Shown here: one piece after another, positions 52,801 through 59,619 of the stretch
How the letters are laid out: every line of letters begins with the position of its first letter
Numbering within the stretch: position 1 is the first letter of the stretch
Origin: Podarcis filfolensis
Lineage: Eukaryota
Length of the DNA: 64,000 nt
Direction: 5' to 3' (one strand)
Assembly: GCA_964270895.1 (NCBI GenBank)
Contig: OZ185441.1
Notes under the pieces: model-generated
The model's database searches: none
Seen by the model: only the letters and a program-made list of their open reading frames with translations
What the model was told of the DNA's origin: nothing
Program-made: the position numbers and the translations under genes

Positions 52801-55800
52801 TCTGTTGTTCTACTGCATACTTCAGATGTGTAAACTACCATTTCAGCAGGAAACGTTTCAGAACTATCGCTGAGTCCGGAGTTTAGACTAGGTTTACCGC
52901 ATTCTACCTGTTGCAAATAAAAAAGAAAAGATAAGCAAATGCATTTCAATTAAAAATAAATAAATCTTAAAATGTATTTGAGTATAGGCAACCCACGTTC
53001 AGCAACCCCCAAACTATATTGGTTAAAGGTTTGTGTCTTCTCTAGAAATTTAGCCAAGCTTAATTATGACGCACCTCTTGCCTTGCTGTCACGGGCAGCA
53101 TAAATTGCTTGTCTTTTTCGTTGTGCCCAGCTTCCTTAAATTCATACAGTTCTTCGTCGCTAGCAACAGGTGAACCAGTTCTTGCTGCCTGGCAAATGTT
53201 AGGTATCTGGAACTTTTCCTGAAGAATTTTAAATGTTAGTTTTCAGCCAAAATGCCTTCAATGTGCTCTAGAGTTGGGGAGGCCTGCGGCTTTGCAAGGA
53301 GCATCATACAATGTGTCAGGATGAGCCCTGCACACCTCTACAGCTTCCAAGTTGGGAGGTTGGCTAGCTGCTCATCACGCTCAGAGCAGGTGAAACTCAA
53401 GTACCCAAGAACTCTTGCGCAACGGCAGAAGATTATTTATGTAATTTGTTAGAGCATGATCCACTTGCACCGCAAGTGTAGTGCTTATGAAGCATCCCAG
53501 AAAGTCTGAACAGAACCATTTCTTTTCACCAACCAGCAAGGGCGTACGAACACAAGTACACAACATTAGAGAGAATGTCTAGTCTCTGTGTGCTGCCTTA
53601 TCTCCATCTATTGCTCATTCTCTATTCTTTTGTAGTTCTTGTGTAGAAGGTGGGGAGAGAAAAGGGAAATGGAGCATTATTGCTATTAGGATCCTCTGCA
53701 GAAGATGCAGCTTTGGGGCAAGTGAACTGTGCCTCATTTCAGCTCCCTTAAGTTACCAACATTATCTACCCCCCCCAACCACCTTTTACAAAATTGTTCA
53801 TGCAGACTGAACAATGTCATAGTGTGCCTACAAACCCCCAATACTAGAATAACTGAATTTTCACTTACAGTTTTCCTATTCGAAGGCAGTTCCATGGCTT
53901 TAACATGTTCTCCAAATTCATGCTCTTCAACATCTTCCATCTGCATTTCTGGTAGTACCAGCTGCTCAAAATAGGTCTCCAGTTGGCCATCACAGAACTC
54001 TTCATCTCCAATTTCATATTCTAATTCAGCAAAAAGCAGCTTGCCATTAGTTCAGATATTAAGTATGAACCACGTGCATTCTTCCACAGTTCCCCAGATA
54101 TATATGCACACAGGTGTTTTAAGGACATTTGTATATCATCTGCACTTCACATGTTCACTGCAGGAAGCATATGCATCGCATGAAACAGCAGTGCACAAAT
54201 AATCTGGCTTGCTGTTGGCAGTGTGGAGCCATCCTTAGCAAAAATAAACTGGAAGTATACCAAACAATTCGAATTTTAAAGCAATACCTGTAGAATGTCC
54301 TTCTAAGCTTGCAAAGCTCAGTGGTTGTTCATTTTCTATAAATCTGGAAAAGCCGATCCTGGTGTTGTTGTCTATTTCATTTGTTATCCTCTTCTGACCA
54401 TGTTCTAATGAAACAGCCTACAAACGAAAGTCAATACAGGAATTTGAATTACTTATTGTTGAATCTCCTCCATAATTTCACTTTTTACTGGCTGGATCAA
54501 TCAAAGTCTCTAGTGTTCATCAAATGCCCCCAAGGAAAGCAGAACATGATGTTATTTTATCCCACGTTTAAGTCGCATACGTTTTAAAAAATAGAAGGGA
54601 TTCAAGAAATTACAGACAAGTTAACTTAATGTTTGTTCCAGTTAAATTGGTGGAAAGCTTTAAAGATAAAATGGTAAAGTATAAAAGAGAAGAAGTCTTG
54701 CTGATGAAAGAACAGCATGGCTTCTGCAAAGATAAAGCCTGCCTTAGTACTACTTTGGATTCTTTGAGAGTGTGGCCAAGCATATGGAGAGTGATGCTTC
54801 AGAAGACATTATCTACTTAAGACTTTTTGCTAGAAAAAAGTACATTAGTTCTTTGTAAAGTCTACATCGATCATACTGCAGAAAAGTTACCTTGTAGTCT
54901 TCATTGTCTTTTTCAAATGAAGCAAATATTCTAGCTGTCAAATCTGAAAGTTAAAAAAAAAAGTTTTTTTTTCCTACTGCATTAGCAGCCCACTTTACAA
55001 AGGCAGAGCAAAGAATTTGCCAGGAATTTCTTAACAACAGTGGTACATGGAATATATTGCTTGCAAATTTTATGTAAATGCTCTTGCTTTGCAAATATCA
55101 CTAGTTTATTTTTTTGGGGGGGGTCACTGTCTCCCACTTAGCACTGTGCATAAAAATTGAACACTATCAAGAACCTTTAGCAAATGTAAACTAATCAAGT
55201 ATGGAATCATTCAAGAATATTATTTTTTAATTAAATGCACCCTTCAAGTACATTCACATAAGAGCTCAGGTGCAGAGAAATTTGGGTTTCGTTTGCCCAA
55301 AATTACTTTAAACCACTTTGAGGTTTTTTACAATCAAGCGGTGCATAAATTTTATGAAATAAAAGTAAAGAAATAAAATTGTCTGGCAGGCCTAATTAGG
55401 TCTGTAGATCAACAGCTCCCCACTCCTGCTCTACTCCATTCTCCCCCATCATCCAAGTTTGTCTATTCCCACCAAGTCAGCCAGCCAAATTATGTAGATG
55501 CCAGCTACTACCTTATTTTTGGTAGCTCCAGTTCATTTCCAAACTGATGGGAAACTCATAGTGGGTGACTATTAGCAGGAAAGCTATTACACTTGAAGTA
55601 TCACAAATGAGGATACCACACTTAGCAGAACTTCAGAATACATTGTAGAATGCTTAATAGTATTCCTACAGACACTGTGAAAACTGCCTACCTTCCAAGT
55701 GTTGAAGTGAAAGCCTCTCATGCAAAGAATGCCACTGGTTCCCAGAGCTTTCATTAGAAAAATGCTGGTGCTTTTGCTGCAAAACATTAGATCCTTGCTG

Positions 55801-58630
55801 GTTTGACTCCAACTGATTGTCTGCAGCTTTGTTACAGCATTCCCTGAGAAAGTAAAAATGAAGGTTTTAATCTTAATTTTACAACTGCTTAGTAGCAGTT
55901 TAATATACTTAATGTCAGACAGCTCCACTTGCATTGTTTAGCTGAACCACACTAAGCTATATATTCCAGAATAACTTCCCTAGTGGTATCTTGTAGATTG
56001 GATCACACCCTGGATATTGTAGGCAGGAAGCTGCAACCGGCTGCATTTTATTTAAAAATATAATATAATAAAAGGCATGTTTATAAAACATATACAGTCA
56101 TTGTCAATTCTTAATAAGAGGTTTCCAACTCAAATTTAATTTGTGTTTAACATGTATAAATATTTTTATAGTTAAGTTTGCATATTAGCCTATAGCTTGC
56201 TGTTCCAAAATTTTACAAACTAAGTACATCTTTCCATAAACCAATTCTCATGTGTTTTCCTTCTAGCTTCAACATAGTAGGTGTATTTGAATAAAAGTTT
56301 TATTTCTCATGATCATTCTGAAATGGGAGGCAAGTTTAGCTTTCCAGCAACATATAAAGATTTTCTAGTGCTTCTCAACTGGTAATATCAATATTAGACT
56401 AACTTAAATGAAAAAGTTAACTAAGGCTAAAATCTGAAAAATATATTAGGATCTTACAGGTACTTTTTAACAAGCTAAGCCAGGAAGTAGTTATCTACTT
56501 CAACACTTAAAAAAAACCAACCACACCCAAGCTACGTTTATTAGCAGCATCCACCTAAACCTTTTTAACAGGAAACTTATGTTCCTTCAACAGGTCATAA
56601 TTTGGAAAAAAATGATATACACCATGCAAGCAAAAGATAGAACTTAATAGGGAGTACATAAGATTTGCTTCTAGAGTCATAAGTGGCCTTGAGTGGGTGA
56701 GTTTGCTAGATACAATCTGACCACAGGTTCTCTTGTGAGACAACTCCACATGTCACAGAAATTAGTCTAAGGAACAACCGAGTTGGGCTTTCATTACTAT
56801 CCGTAGGTTAATCTTAACATACATTTTAGGATTTAAAACATAAGGAGTATATTTCATGGTCTTAGCAGTCTAGAACAGGAATGAACCTTTGGACCTTCAG
56901 ATGTTGGACTGCAATTCTCATCAGCATGACCAATAGTCAGGTATTATGAAAGCTTAGGTCCAACATCTGGGGGACTATAGTATTATTATATTTATTAAAT
57001 TTATATACCACTTTTCACAGGGCAGTTTACAGTATAAAAGCACAAAAATACATAACAAATAACAAACAAAACAATAAAAAACAGAGTTTAAAAGACCATA
57101 GGTTCTTTAATTAGCTGAAGGCTGGAAGAAGAGGAATGTTGTTTTTTCTGTTGGCAAAAGATATATAATGAAATTACACCCCCATCTCTGCTGTTAAAAG
57201 TGATAAGACATGCAGCAACATTTAAATCAGGCATTCATGAAACCTATTTGTCAGAGAATATCTCTTGAAAGTTAATTTTAAAGTTGAATCAAAAAGTTCT
57301 AATCTATAAGCAGAAGGGAGTCTTCTGTGAGCAGAAATGTATCTTTGGATCCAACACAAGATATAACATTAAATTATATAATCTACTTCTTACACAGTAT
57401 CCTGAAAGTTAAGATTCTTTCTTGGATCAGAATCAGATTCACCACTACAGGAAGATGCTAATGGAGCAGGGAATCTATTGTCCATGTAAGACACTTCATC
57501 ATATTGTCTGTAATACAGAGAAAACAAAACCATTATTTTGCAAGTTCTCAGCTCTGTTGTTTAGAAGACCATTTCAGTGATCAGGAATGTCTTATGATGT
57601 GGCACTACCTCCTCACATTAACCACACGATAAATTTGTCTCCAGTAGTAATCCAAGGTAAAATCAAATGAGGAAGGTACTCTAGTCCTTAGTGTCTCATA
57701 GTTAGAGCAGTCCTCTTCTTCTTCTTCTTTTGAAAAAGGAACATATTTGCTTCCCCTCCCCCCACCATAGTCTTCAGCTTTCAGCATCTTGCCTAATAAT
57801 AGCAGCTTATGAGGTGGCTCACTAAATGATACTGCTGATGTCAATGGCCATTGCTAGGAACAACTATATGTCTTCATAGTGCTAAGCCAGCAGCCCCCAA
57901 GCTGCTTCACAACTCCGCCTGGAAAGGGTACTGGAGTGTTCTTCCCCATAAAGCAGTGGTCAGCAGCAGTTACTAGTAGTCTCCACCTAACTGCCTCAAG
58001 AGCAGCTACTGTTACTCAACCCTGTATATTACAGCTACTAGCAAAAATGGCTTTAATATCTAGGGATTCAGGTATTCACCTCTACACACAAGAGGGTGAC
58101 TTAGATAATATGCTAATATGTCTGGGACCTGCTCCAGATCTCACCACTTGGGAGGAGAGGAAGCAGTCTTCAAACAGCCCCTTGCCAGTACCTGCTTTAC
58201 TTGCCTCCAAGTTACTACACAATGTCTGACAGTTCAGCACATAATGATGAGCTTGCTGAATTCCGTTTCAACAAATTTTATGTAAGATTTCCAATTATCT
58301 AGATTCTATTTTTATCATGAATCATACACTGATGGAAGTAGAAAGCCATGCCTGGAAATAGTTTCAGATTTAGAAATTACCAGCCATGAGCAATCCTTCA
58401 GTCAATACATTCTTCCCTACACTCACCTACGAATTTCTAGTCATGAACTAACAAACGTCTTACCCGTCATGAGAGCCAGTTTTCCGTCTGGCTTCAGTTG
58501 AAGCAGCAACTGGTATACCAAGAGTTGATGAAATTGTGATATTGTCAAAAATGTCACTGGTGCAGCCAGTTACAGAGTTGAGCAAAACACTTGGAAACGT
58601 TTCATCTGCAATACATTTGAAGTCTTCCAT
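10686..58630 (-). CDS. CEP192: Centrosomal protein 192 (CEP192), complete 46-coding-exon model, ~2475 aa
   Basis: Manually spliced exons (listed individually) total 7428 nt, all GT-AG with matching phases. Recognised motifs: MEDF..IA.E.FPS N-terminus, PLK4-binding acidic YFEQL segment, Aurora-A-binding VVYQNEDGRWVTDLAYYTSFN, YLRLSLGEFFGQRSEALGCLGGG, FRPSTSPL, C-terminal Spd2/ASH-type domains. Confidence 0.96.
11349..11486. mobile_element. hAT-type palindromic MITE
   Basis: Long internal inverted repeat; 8-bp TSD TTCTAGAG at 11341-11348 and 11487-11494. Confidence 0.88.
11618..11676 (-). CDS. CEP192: CEP192 coding exon 45
   Basis: LKFRCPREPFYIKHSHYTL; 59 nt. Confidence 0.96.
12146..12254 (-). 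CDS. CEP192: CEP192 coding exon 44
   Basis: KGVHAQEDIYKFPPTRIGESSTLKITVRNYSSFSNK; 109 nt. Confidence 0.95.
12771..12889 (-). CDS. CEP192: CEP192 coding exon 43
   Basis: GILGNEDFKNEDSTAALVKVSVRDVTLRRDYPNSSEHKM; 119 nt, phase 0-2. Confidence 0.87.
14136..14255 (-). CDS. CEP192: CEP192 coding exon 42
   Basis: VVVTFLPRDRGHYSQFWDLECHPLHESRLKDKHRLQFCGM; 120 nt. Confidence 0.96.
16229..16324 (-). CDS. CEP192: CEP192 coding exon 41
   Basis: GLDDSGEVYRATYTAFRCSLLSGILKAHGEEK; 96 nt. Confidence 0.96.
16946..17025 (-). CDS. CEP192: CEP192 coding exon 40
   Basis: KYIEIENNGDANVKWLLSSFAPPYIK; 80 nt. Confidence 0.96.
17069..17118 (-). mobile_element. 50-bp LINE 3'-end footprint with 14-bp TSD
   Basis: AAGTAACAGTTATT at 17055-17068 and 17119-17132; insert reads ...GCCAATAAAAGGTT(TGA)n on minus. 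Confidence 0.8.
17890..18091 (-). CDS. CEP192: CEP192 coding exon 39
   Basis: LVRVQIRENISEKQ...KPSSTKLEVKNRTVFFPETKSGESS; 202 nt. Confidence 0.94.
18119..20343 (-). mobile_element. 5'-truncated non-LTR retrotransposon (LINE; RTE-X-like, clade unconfirmed) in the intron between coding exons 38 and 39
   Basis: RT ORF2 remnant starting KAPGED; ~310-nt 3' UTR; AATAAA at 18130-18135; (ACTG)n tail. No endonuclease domain, no clear TSD. Confidence 0.93.
18430..20325 (-). CDS. LINE ORF2 reverse transcriptase plus C-terminal Cys/His knuckle (631-aa uninterrupted remnant)
   Basis: Motifs PIYKKGD..NYRPISLL, QAGF, AFIDLKSAFD, GVKQGCILAPFLF, YADD, FKYLG; C-terminal RVCIRGCSEVEDLMHYILHCPLY. Confidence 0.93.
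   Translation of the reverse strand: MIPMEIYKIRPDFWSPIFAKLFSYINSSGRIPEGWKLSIIAPIYKKGDKKNPANYRPISLLDVASKLYARLLLGRLEEWAETNKVISEVQAGFQRGKSTLDQCFVLNFLLCKYIHNLKQKLYVAFIDLKSAFDTVPRHALWQKLEKTNIDLRLLFLIKTLYTDTSIQVKVDLAGHLTARIKTTTGVKQGCILAPFLFNFYINDMVKELEGLQFAPVTILDQKLSVLMYADDLVLVSRTQVGLRRLLAKLSSYCKRNALSINYDKTQVIVFGKRSKKHVWHLDEHIINQVNTFKYLGLIYSETASWNTQLSNIKLQAFKSAKAILKFAACKGGNLVNPALSVYKAKTMAQILYGAEVWGTSKVSGLEPPQNYFLRVLLGLPKDVQSAMVRLETRMLSIESQIDKRILCYWFRVQQMDNTRLPKKCLIELSNGLPLKNWVHHAAQLMGKYDLSVTEIKELPLYSQKNIFKRTIRAVATKNDLNSMCTSTCAPLYFKLREVNEHISYFNELTFAQLRKAFTELRLNTISSAYRDGRHRGIPKNERVCIRGCSEVEDLMHYILHCPLYNDARKRFLVPIMTGSPDQNPLDMMLYLLADTDKYVTWRVALFATAARKIRANYIAKVAINCKGDEFI
21125..21230 (-). CDS. CEP192: CEP192 coding exon 38
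   Basis: SNISIYVSPNPSLAEKKSIFPWSGLIYVHCDNGQK; 106 nt. Confidence 0.96.
22123..22246 (-). CDS. CEP192: CEP192 coding exon 37
   Basis: GAAITKHAQISNNSNRSLTFELSWPAHCLTVTPQHGTIEP; 124 nt. Confidence 0.96.
22559..22800. mobile_element. Tc1/mariner-type MITE, second family
   Basis: Perfect 18-bp TIR CAGTCATACCTTGGTTCT, TA TSD. Confidence 0.9.
23095..23264 (-). CDS. CEP192: CEP192 coding exon 36
   Basis: PGVPEKSNMTLDVLPVKGPHG...ENWTLQPEFLILTAPSQ; 170 nt. Confidence 0.95.
23713..23854 (-). CDS. CEP192: CEP192 coding exon 35
   Basis: VYDLPQHSFDIQYFFMNMRRIIVSAV...VALE; 142 nt. Confidence 0.93.
24864..25170 (-). mobile_element. Sauria SINE
   Basis: Recognised CpG-rich body (GGAAACGCCGTTTACCTTCC, TTTCGAACTGCTAGGTTGGCAGGAGC) with an ACCTTT-type tail at the left end. 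Confidence 0.88.
25269..25378 (-). CDS. CEP192: CEP192 coding exon 34
   Basis: AVQQNPEQVQKMLPANNPVINVKFDEEFPGEELVTE; 110 nt. Confidence 0.94.
26581..26687 (-). CDS. CEP192: CEP192 coding exon 33
   Basis: KVTVTFNSTEDQSNSPVLSTICFVYGDEILRQQYR; 107 nt. Confidence 0.94.
26865..27131 (-). CDS. CEP192: CEP192 coding exon 32
   Basis: IPLYGYGGNSNLRLEDVKK...FSVQNTGSRAAYVKALCF...PEKFVLQESSQQ; 267 nt. Confidence 0.96.
27503..27627 (-). mobile_element. Sauria SINE, partial 5' portion
   Basis: Shares GTGCTTT.GAACTGCTAGGTTGGCAGGAGC.GGG...GAGCAACGGG with the 24864 copy. Confidence 0.8.
27963..28127 (-). CDS. CEP192: CEP192 coding exon 31
   Basis: LKLGEHVYNNCEIKIRPK...FTPTRLTCMYAKLEMKQLG...GIKFT; 165 nt. 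Confidence 0.96.
28541..28670 (-). mobile_element. LINE (L2-like) 3' end fragment
   Basis: Near-identical reverse complement of 43111-43236, ending in an (ATT/AAT)n tail. Confidence 0.7.
29044..29134 (-). CDS. CEP192: CEP192 coding exon 30
   Basis: QQKLILRNNSPSITQQLRLLIRGQDQDCFQ; 91 nt. Confidence 0.96.
29969..30145 (-). CDS. CEP192: CEP192 coding exon 29
   Basis: VLKILVLPSGPEYKVTVKGEV...PILANKQFLTWGGIQLGRT; 177 nt. Confidence 0.96.
30227..30342 (-). CDS. CEP192: CEP192 coding exon 28
   Basis: ALEPDSGISVNPEDLVLIPGEEQEVTVVFSPKDYRNAE; 116 nt. Confidence 0.94.
31253..31345 (-). CDS. CEP192: CEP192 coding exon 27
   Basis: TLYMSARMGLSTRQQLPLKNAGNIKVDLKIL; 93 nt. Confidence 0.95.
31434..31570 (-). 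CDS. CEP192: CEP192 coding exon 26
   Basis: DSLGPADEYFARIDVEVDCPEPAKILSIPLHARSGTPRIYAPKGLQ; 137 nt. Confidence 0.95.
32573..32823. mobile_element. Tc1/mariner-type MITE related to 22559-22800, opposite orientation
   Basis: TIR CAGTGGTACCTTGGTTGTCAAAC, TA TSD; shares internal GTGTTCTGGTTTGTGAACATTTTTTGGAAGC with the reverse complement of the 22559 copy. Confidence 0.9.
32856..32916 (-). CDS. CEP192: CEP192 coding exon 25
   Basis: DPDVLVVWVQFHAPSKCITS; 61 nt. Confidence 0.93.
33398..33538 (-). CDS. CEP192: CEP192 coding exon 24
   Basis: NAVAWRCFTFSKEPV...APSVISHVMNARSDGQ; 141 nt. Confidence 0.95.
33793..33962 (+). mobile_element. tRNA-derived squamate SINE (Squam-like), degenerate
   Basis: Head GGGCTGTAGCTCAGT (A box), TTTGCATGC, then AGCTGGGAAAAGACTCCTG body. 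Confidence 0.65.
35165..35290 (-). CDS. CEP192: CEP192 coding exon 23
   Basis: VEAGTTNHLDFGDMPSGSWKALPLKLTNKTCARVPVRLVIYA; 126 nt. Confidence 0.95.
36667..36897 (-). CDS. CEP192: CEP192 coding exon 22
   Basis: MDPLKHRCFLFKNK...SIASWPFTADADTIVQAQALA...PDIE; 231 nt. Confidence 0.96.
37366..37514 (-). CDS. CEP192: CEP192 coding exon 21
   Basis: RVKVPEEVTFPNACCVGLTSHTVLSILNPSERWLQVSIGLLSIMLDGEK; 149 nt. Confidence 0.96.
37896..38706 (-). CDS. CEP192: CEP192 coding exon 20
   Basis: NNRASGWGTTIVWTSPTSALEE...TTPFAQQYLRSLPS...VPFGL; 811 nt. Confidence 0.93.
39458..39941. mobile_element. Older hAT-type non-autonomous element
   Basis: Degenerate CAGGG...CCTG termini and GGCC-containing subterminal motif; TSD degenerate. 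Confidence 0.55.
40229..40319. mobile_element. Partial copy (one end) of the 2700-family MITE
   Basis: ...CAGTTTCAGCTTAAGAACGGACCTCCGGAAC..ATTAAGTTC..AACC.GAGGTACCACTG|TA. Confidence 0.75.
40531..40699 (-). CDS. CEP192: CEP192 coding exon 19
   Basis: ADADCPATTS...HSLGRLTFVSATEKTLQNLTLSSPETCQ; 169 nt. Confidence 0.88.
42455..42602 (-). CDS. CEP192: CEP192 coding exon 18
   Basis: SDDEQYSFRPSTSPLIHSSPNEATGTALL (PLK1-docking ST motif region); 148 nt. Confidence 0.93.
43111..43236 (+). mobile_element. LINE (L2-like) 3' end fragment
   Basis: CCGCCCAGAGTGGCTGGGGAGACGCAGCCAGATGGGCGGGGTATAAATAATAAATTATTATT terminus. Confidence 0.7.
44568..44798 (-). CDS. CEP192: CEP192 coding exon 17
   Basis: YSESEGRTSK...NNEKRIAFENISADNQKDV; 231 nt, phase 1-1. 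Confidence 0.85.
45695..46334 (-). CDS. CEP192: CEP192 coding exon 16
   Basis: EKCEDRK...ILSISTIAYAIANASVSTDPAQLAALMTKASNKNRE...FDIEKYLRKT; 640 nt. Confidence 0.94.
46674..47109. mobile_element. TA-flanked non-autonomous DNA transposon (mariner/pogo-type) with degenerate GC-rich internal repeats
   Basis: Ends CCATATTTTTCCATGTATAAGA / TCTTATACATGGAAAAATACAG, TA on both sides; GGCA/GGCGG-rich core at ~46786-47005. Confidence 0.85.
47208..47302 (-). CDS. CEP192: CEP192 coding exon 15
   Basis: DVEESIKEDSHFASATFTLCEVSAKDREGGR; 95 nt, phase 1-0, donor GTAAGT. Confidence 0.78.
48005..48226. mobile_element. Penelope-like retroelement terminal-repeat insertion in inverted configuration, 14-bp TSD
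   Basis: TSD ACTTTTAAAAGTTC at 47991-48004 and 48227-48240; ~85-bp inverted arms (~48005-48088 / ~48108-48190); hammerhead motif typical of PLE terminal repeats. Confidence 0.8.
48065..48102 (-). ncRNA. Minimal type-I hammerhead ribozyme motif
   Basis: GUGU-CUGACGA-A-GUGUG(CAUG)CACAC-GAAA-GC-UC^AUAC: complete core, 5-bp stem II, palindromic AGCU in place of stem III, 4-bp stem I with one G-U, predicted cleavage between 48069 and 48068. Confidence 0.8.
48859..48979 (-). CDS. CEP192: CEP192 coding exon 14
   Basis: PSFGYHITSPEKRQPLPLWRQSDVSR; 121 nt. Confidence 0.94.
49432..49629 (-). CDS. CEP192: CEP192 coding exon 13
   Basis: EEKMELQN...KDASYLRLSLGEFFGQRSEALGCLGGGGDVKR; 198 nt. Confidence 0.96.
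49716..49780 (-). CDS. CEP192: CEP192 coding exon 12
   Basis: SEAMAVIDQDQEEFEREHRFIQ; 65 nt. Confidence 0.94.
50900..51031 (-). CDS. CEP192: CEP192 coding exon 11 (Aurora A-binding region)
   Basis: DPPHDVVYQNEDGRWVTDLAYYTSFNKEQ; 132 nt. Confidence 0.95.
51459..51678 (-). CDS. CEP192: CEP192 coding exon 10
   Basis: DATNVTNCELKLDSLYF...LADAYLSPSAYKGSEQYECTAE; 220 nt, phase 0-1. Confidence 0.85.
52395..52476 (-). CDS. CEP192: CEP192 coding exon 9
   Basis: CITAGCHDCSEEDGISVKTKAVSSSRN; 82 nt, phase 2-0, donor GTAAGT. Confidence 0.72.
52738..52907 (-). CDS. CEP192: CEP192 coding exon 8
   Basis: VECGKPSLNSGLSDSSETFPAE...VIDGDIL; 170 nt; weak donor AT|GTACTG, but its phase 2 matches the next exon. 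Confidence 0.68.
53075..53218 (-). CDS. CEP192: CEP192 coding exon 7
   Basis: EKFQIPNICQAARTGSPVASDEELYEF...TARQE; 144 nt, phase 0-0. Confidence 0.8.
53869..54020 (-). CDS. CEP192: CEP192 coding exon 6 (PLK4-binding acidic region)
   Basis: YEIGDEEFCDGQLETYFEQLVLPEMQMEDVEE, matching human DDIDDEMFYDDHLEAYFEQLAIPGM as recalled; 152 nt. Confidence 0.92.
54288..54417 (-). CDS. CEP192: CEP192 coding exon 5
   Basis: AVSLEHGQKRI...FIENEQPLSFASLEGHST; 130 nt, phase 0-1. Confidence 0.83.
54640..54830 (+). mobile_element. Degenerate CR1 LINE ORF2 (RT) fragment
   Basis: KDKMVKYKREEVLLMKEQHGFCKDKACLST resembles CR1 (QHGFCKGKSCLTN). Confidence 0.7.
54891..54943 (-). CDS. CEP192: CEP192 coding exon 4
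   Basis: DLTARIFASFEKDNEDYK; 53 nt, phase 1-0; supplies the phase change needed between its neighbours. Confidence 0.72.
55692..55843 (-). CDS. CEP192: CEP192 coding exon 3
   Basis: ECCNKAADNQLESNQQGSNVLQQK...LQHLE; 152 nt, phase 2-1, open frame, good splice sites; divergent sequence. Confidence 0.78.
57394..57507 (-). CDS. CEP192: CEP192 coding exon 2
   Basis: QYDEVSYMDNRFPAPLASSCSGESDSDPRKNLNFQDT; 114 nt, phase 2-2. Confidence 0.88.
58464..58630 (-). CDS. CEP192: CEP192 coding exon 1 (exon starts 58653; ATG at 58630)
   Basis: MEDFKCIADETFPSVLLNSVTGCTSDIFDNITISSTLGIPVAASTEARRKTGSHD; acceptor TTTAG, donor GG|GTAAG. Confidence 0.95.
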
Positions 58631-59619
58631 TATACTGTTTTCTCATAGCTGCCCTAAAGGGTAAGAGAGAGAGGTTACACATAGGCAGCAAGATAATAGT
58701 CAAGAAATGTTCTATTTTATCAGTACTTTTAAGTCACATTGTCTAATCTTTGTTTCCTAGATGGTAAGTGTACAGTCAGAGACTGACCTGTCATCAAGCT
58801 CCTAAATTGCTACAGGAGCTCAATAACTGAGAAACAAAACTGAAAAGCTGTGCAGTTGTTTGCTATGACTGCCAACACAAGCGTAGCACAGTATCCCTAC
58901 ATCTTCCACAAAGACAGACACTGAGTAAATTCTTTCACAATACGCTCTAGAAATTCCAAACGCAAAAGGAACACACATTTGAAGGACTGGAACAGGTACA
59001 AGCTCTTTGAAAGCAAAATGCCAGAGCAGTCCAAGATTAGAGTTACATCAATCACAATTGCAGAACGCAACTTTTACTGTATTTTTATTTTCAAAATCAA
59101 GTTATACAAAGCACCAAAACACACATGCATGTTGTCAATCATTTAACAAAATAAATTCTTTTCAGGAACACAGCTCATTAGATTGCTGACTACACACAGT
59201 GCAGGTGCTATATTTAGCTGTTTAAGCCGATTGGCATGAGTTTATTGCTGTTTCTAGAGGCTGCCAGCACCTGAAGTGGGGTACAGCAGAGAGAATGGTG
59301 TATGTACTCAATTTTTCATTAATGCTCTTTCAACCAAAACCTTTACTATGGGAGTGGGGGAATGTAAGAAGCACCATCAACTCTCCTGCGTACAAAATAA
59401 TTCTGAATCACAACTAAGTTTTGGTCAGCTCCAAATATATTTTTTCACACCAAGGCAAGTACTTCACAAATCTGCAAGATAAATTAAGACTATTTCTTTT
59501 ACGACAATTAACTGCCTTGTTGAATTCACAGGAATTACTTTTTAAAAGAAAAGGGCTCTTTTCTGCAACTGTTCCGGAGCCATATGGGTCAGTGTTGCTA
59601 GCTTCAAAGTAGTCTTCCA

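Noticed and set aside
58244-58258. ATGATGA...CTGA resembling snoRNA C and D boxes (similar motifs near 12720 and 14037)
   Set aside because: Spacing far too short, or no D box and terminal stem; not a C/D snoRNA.
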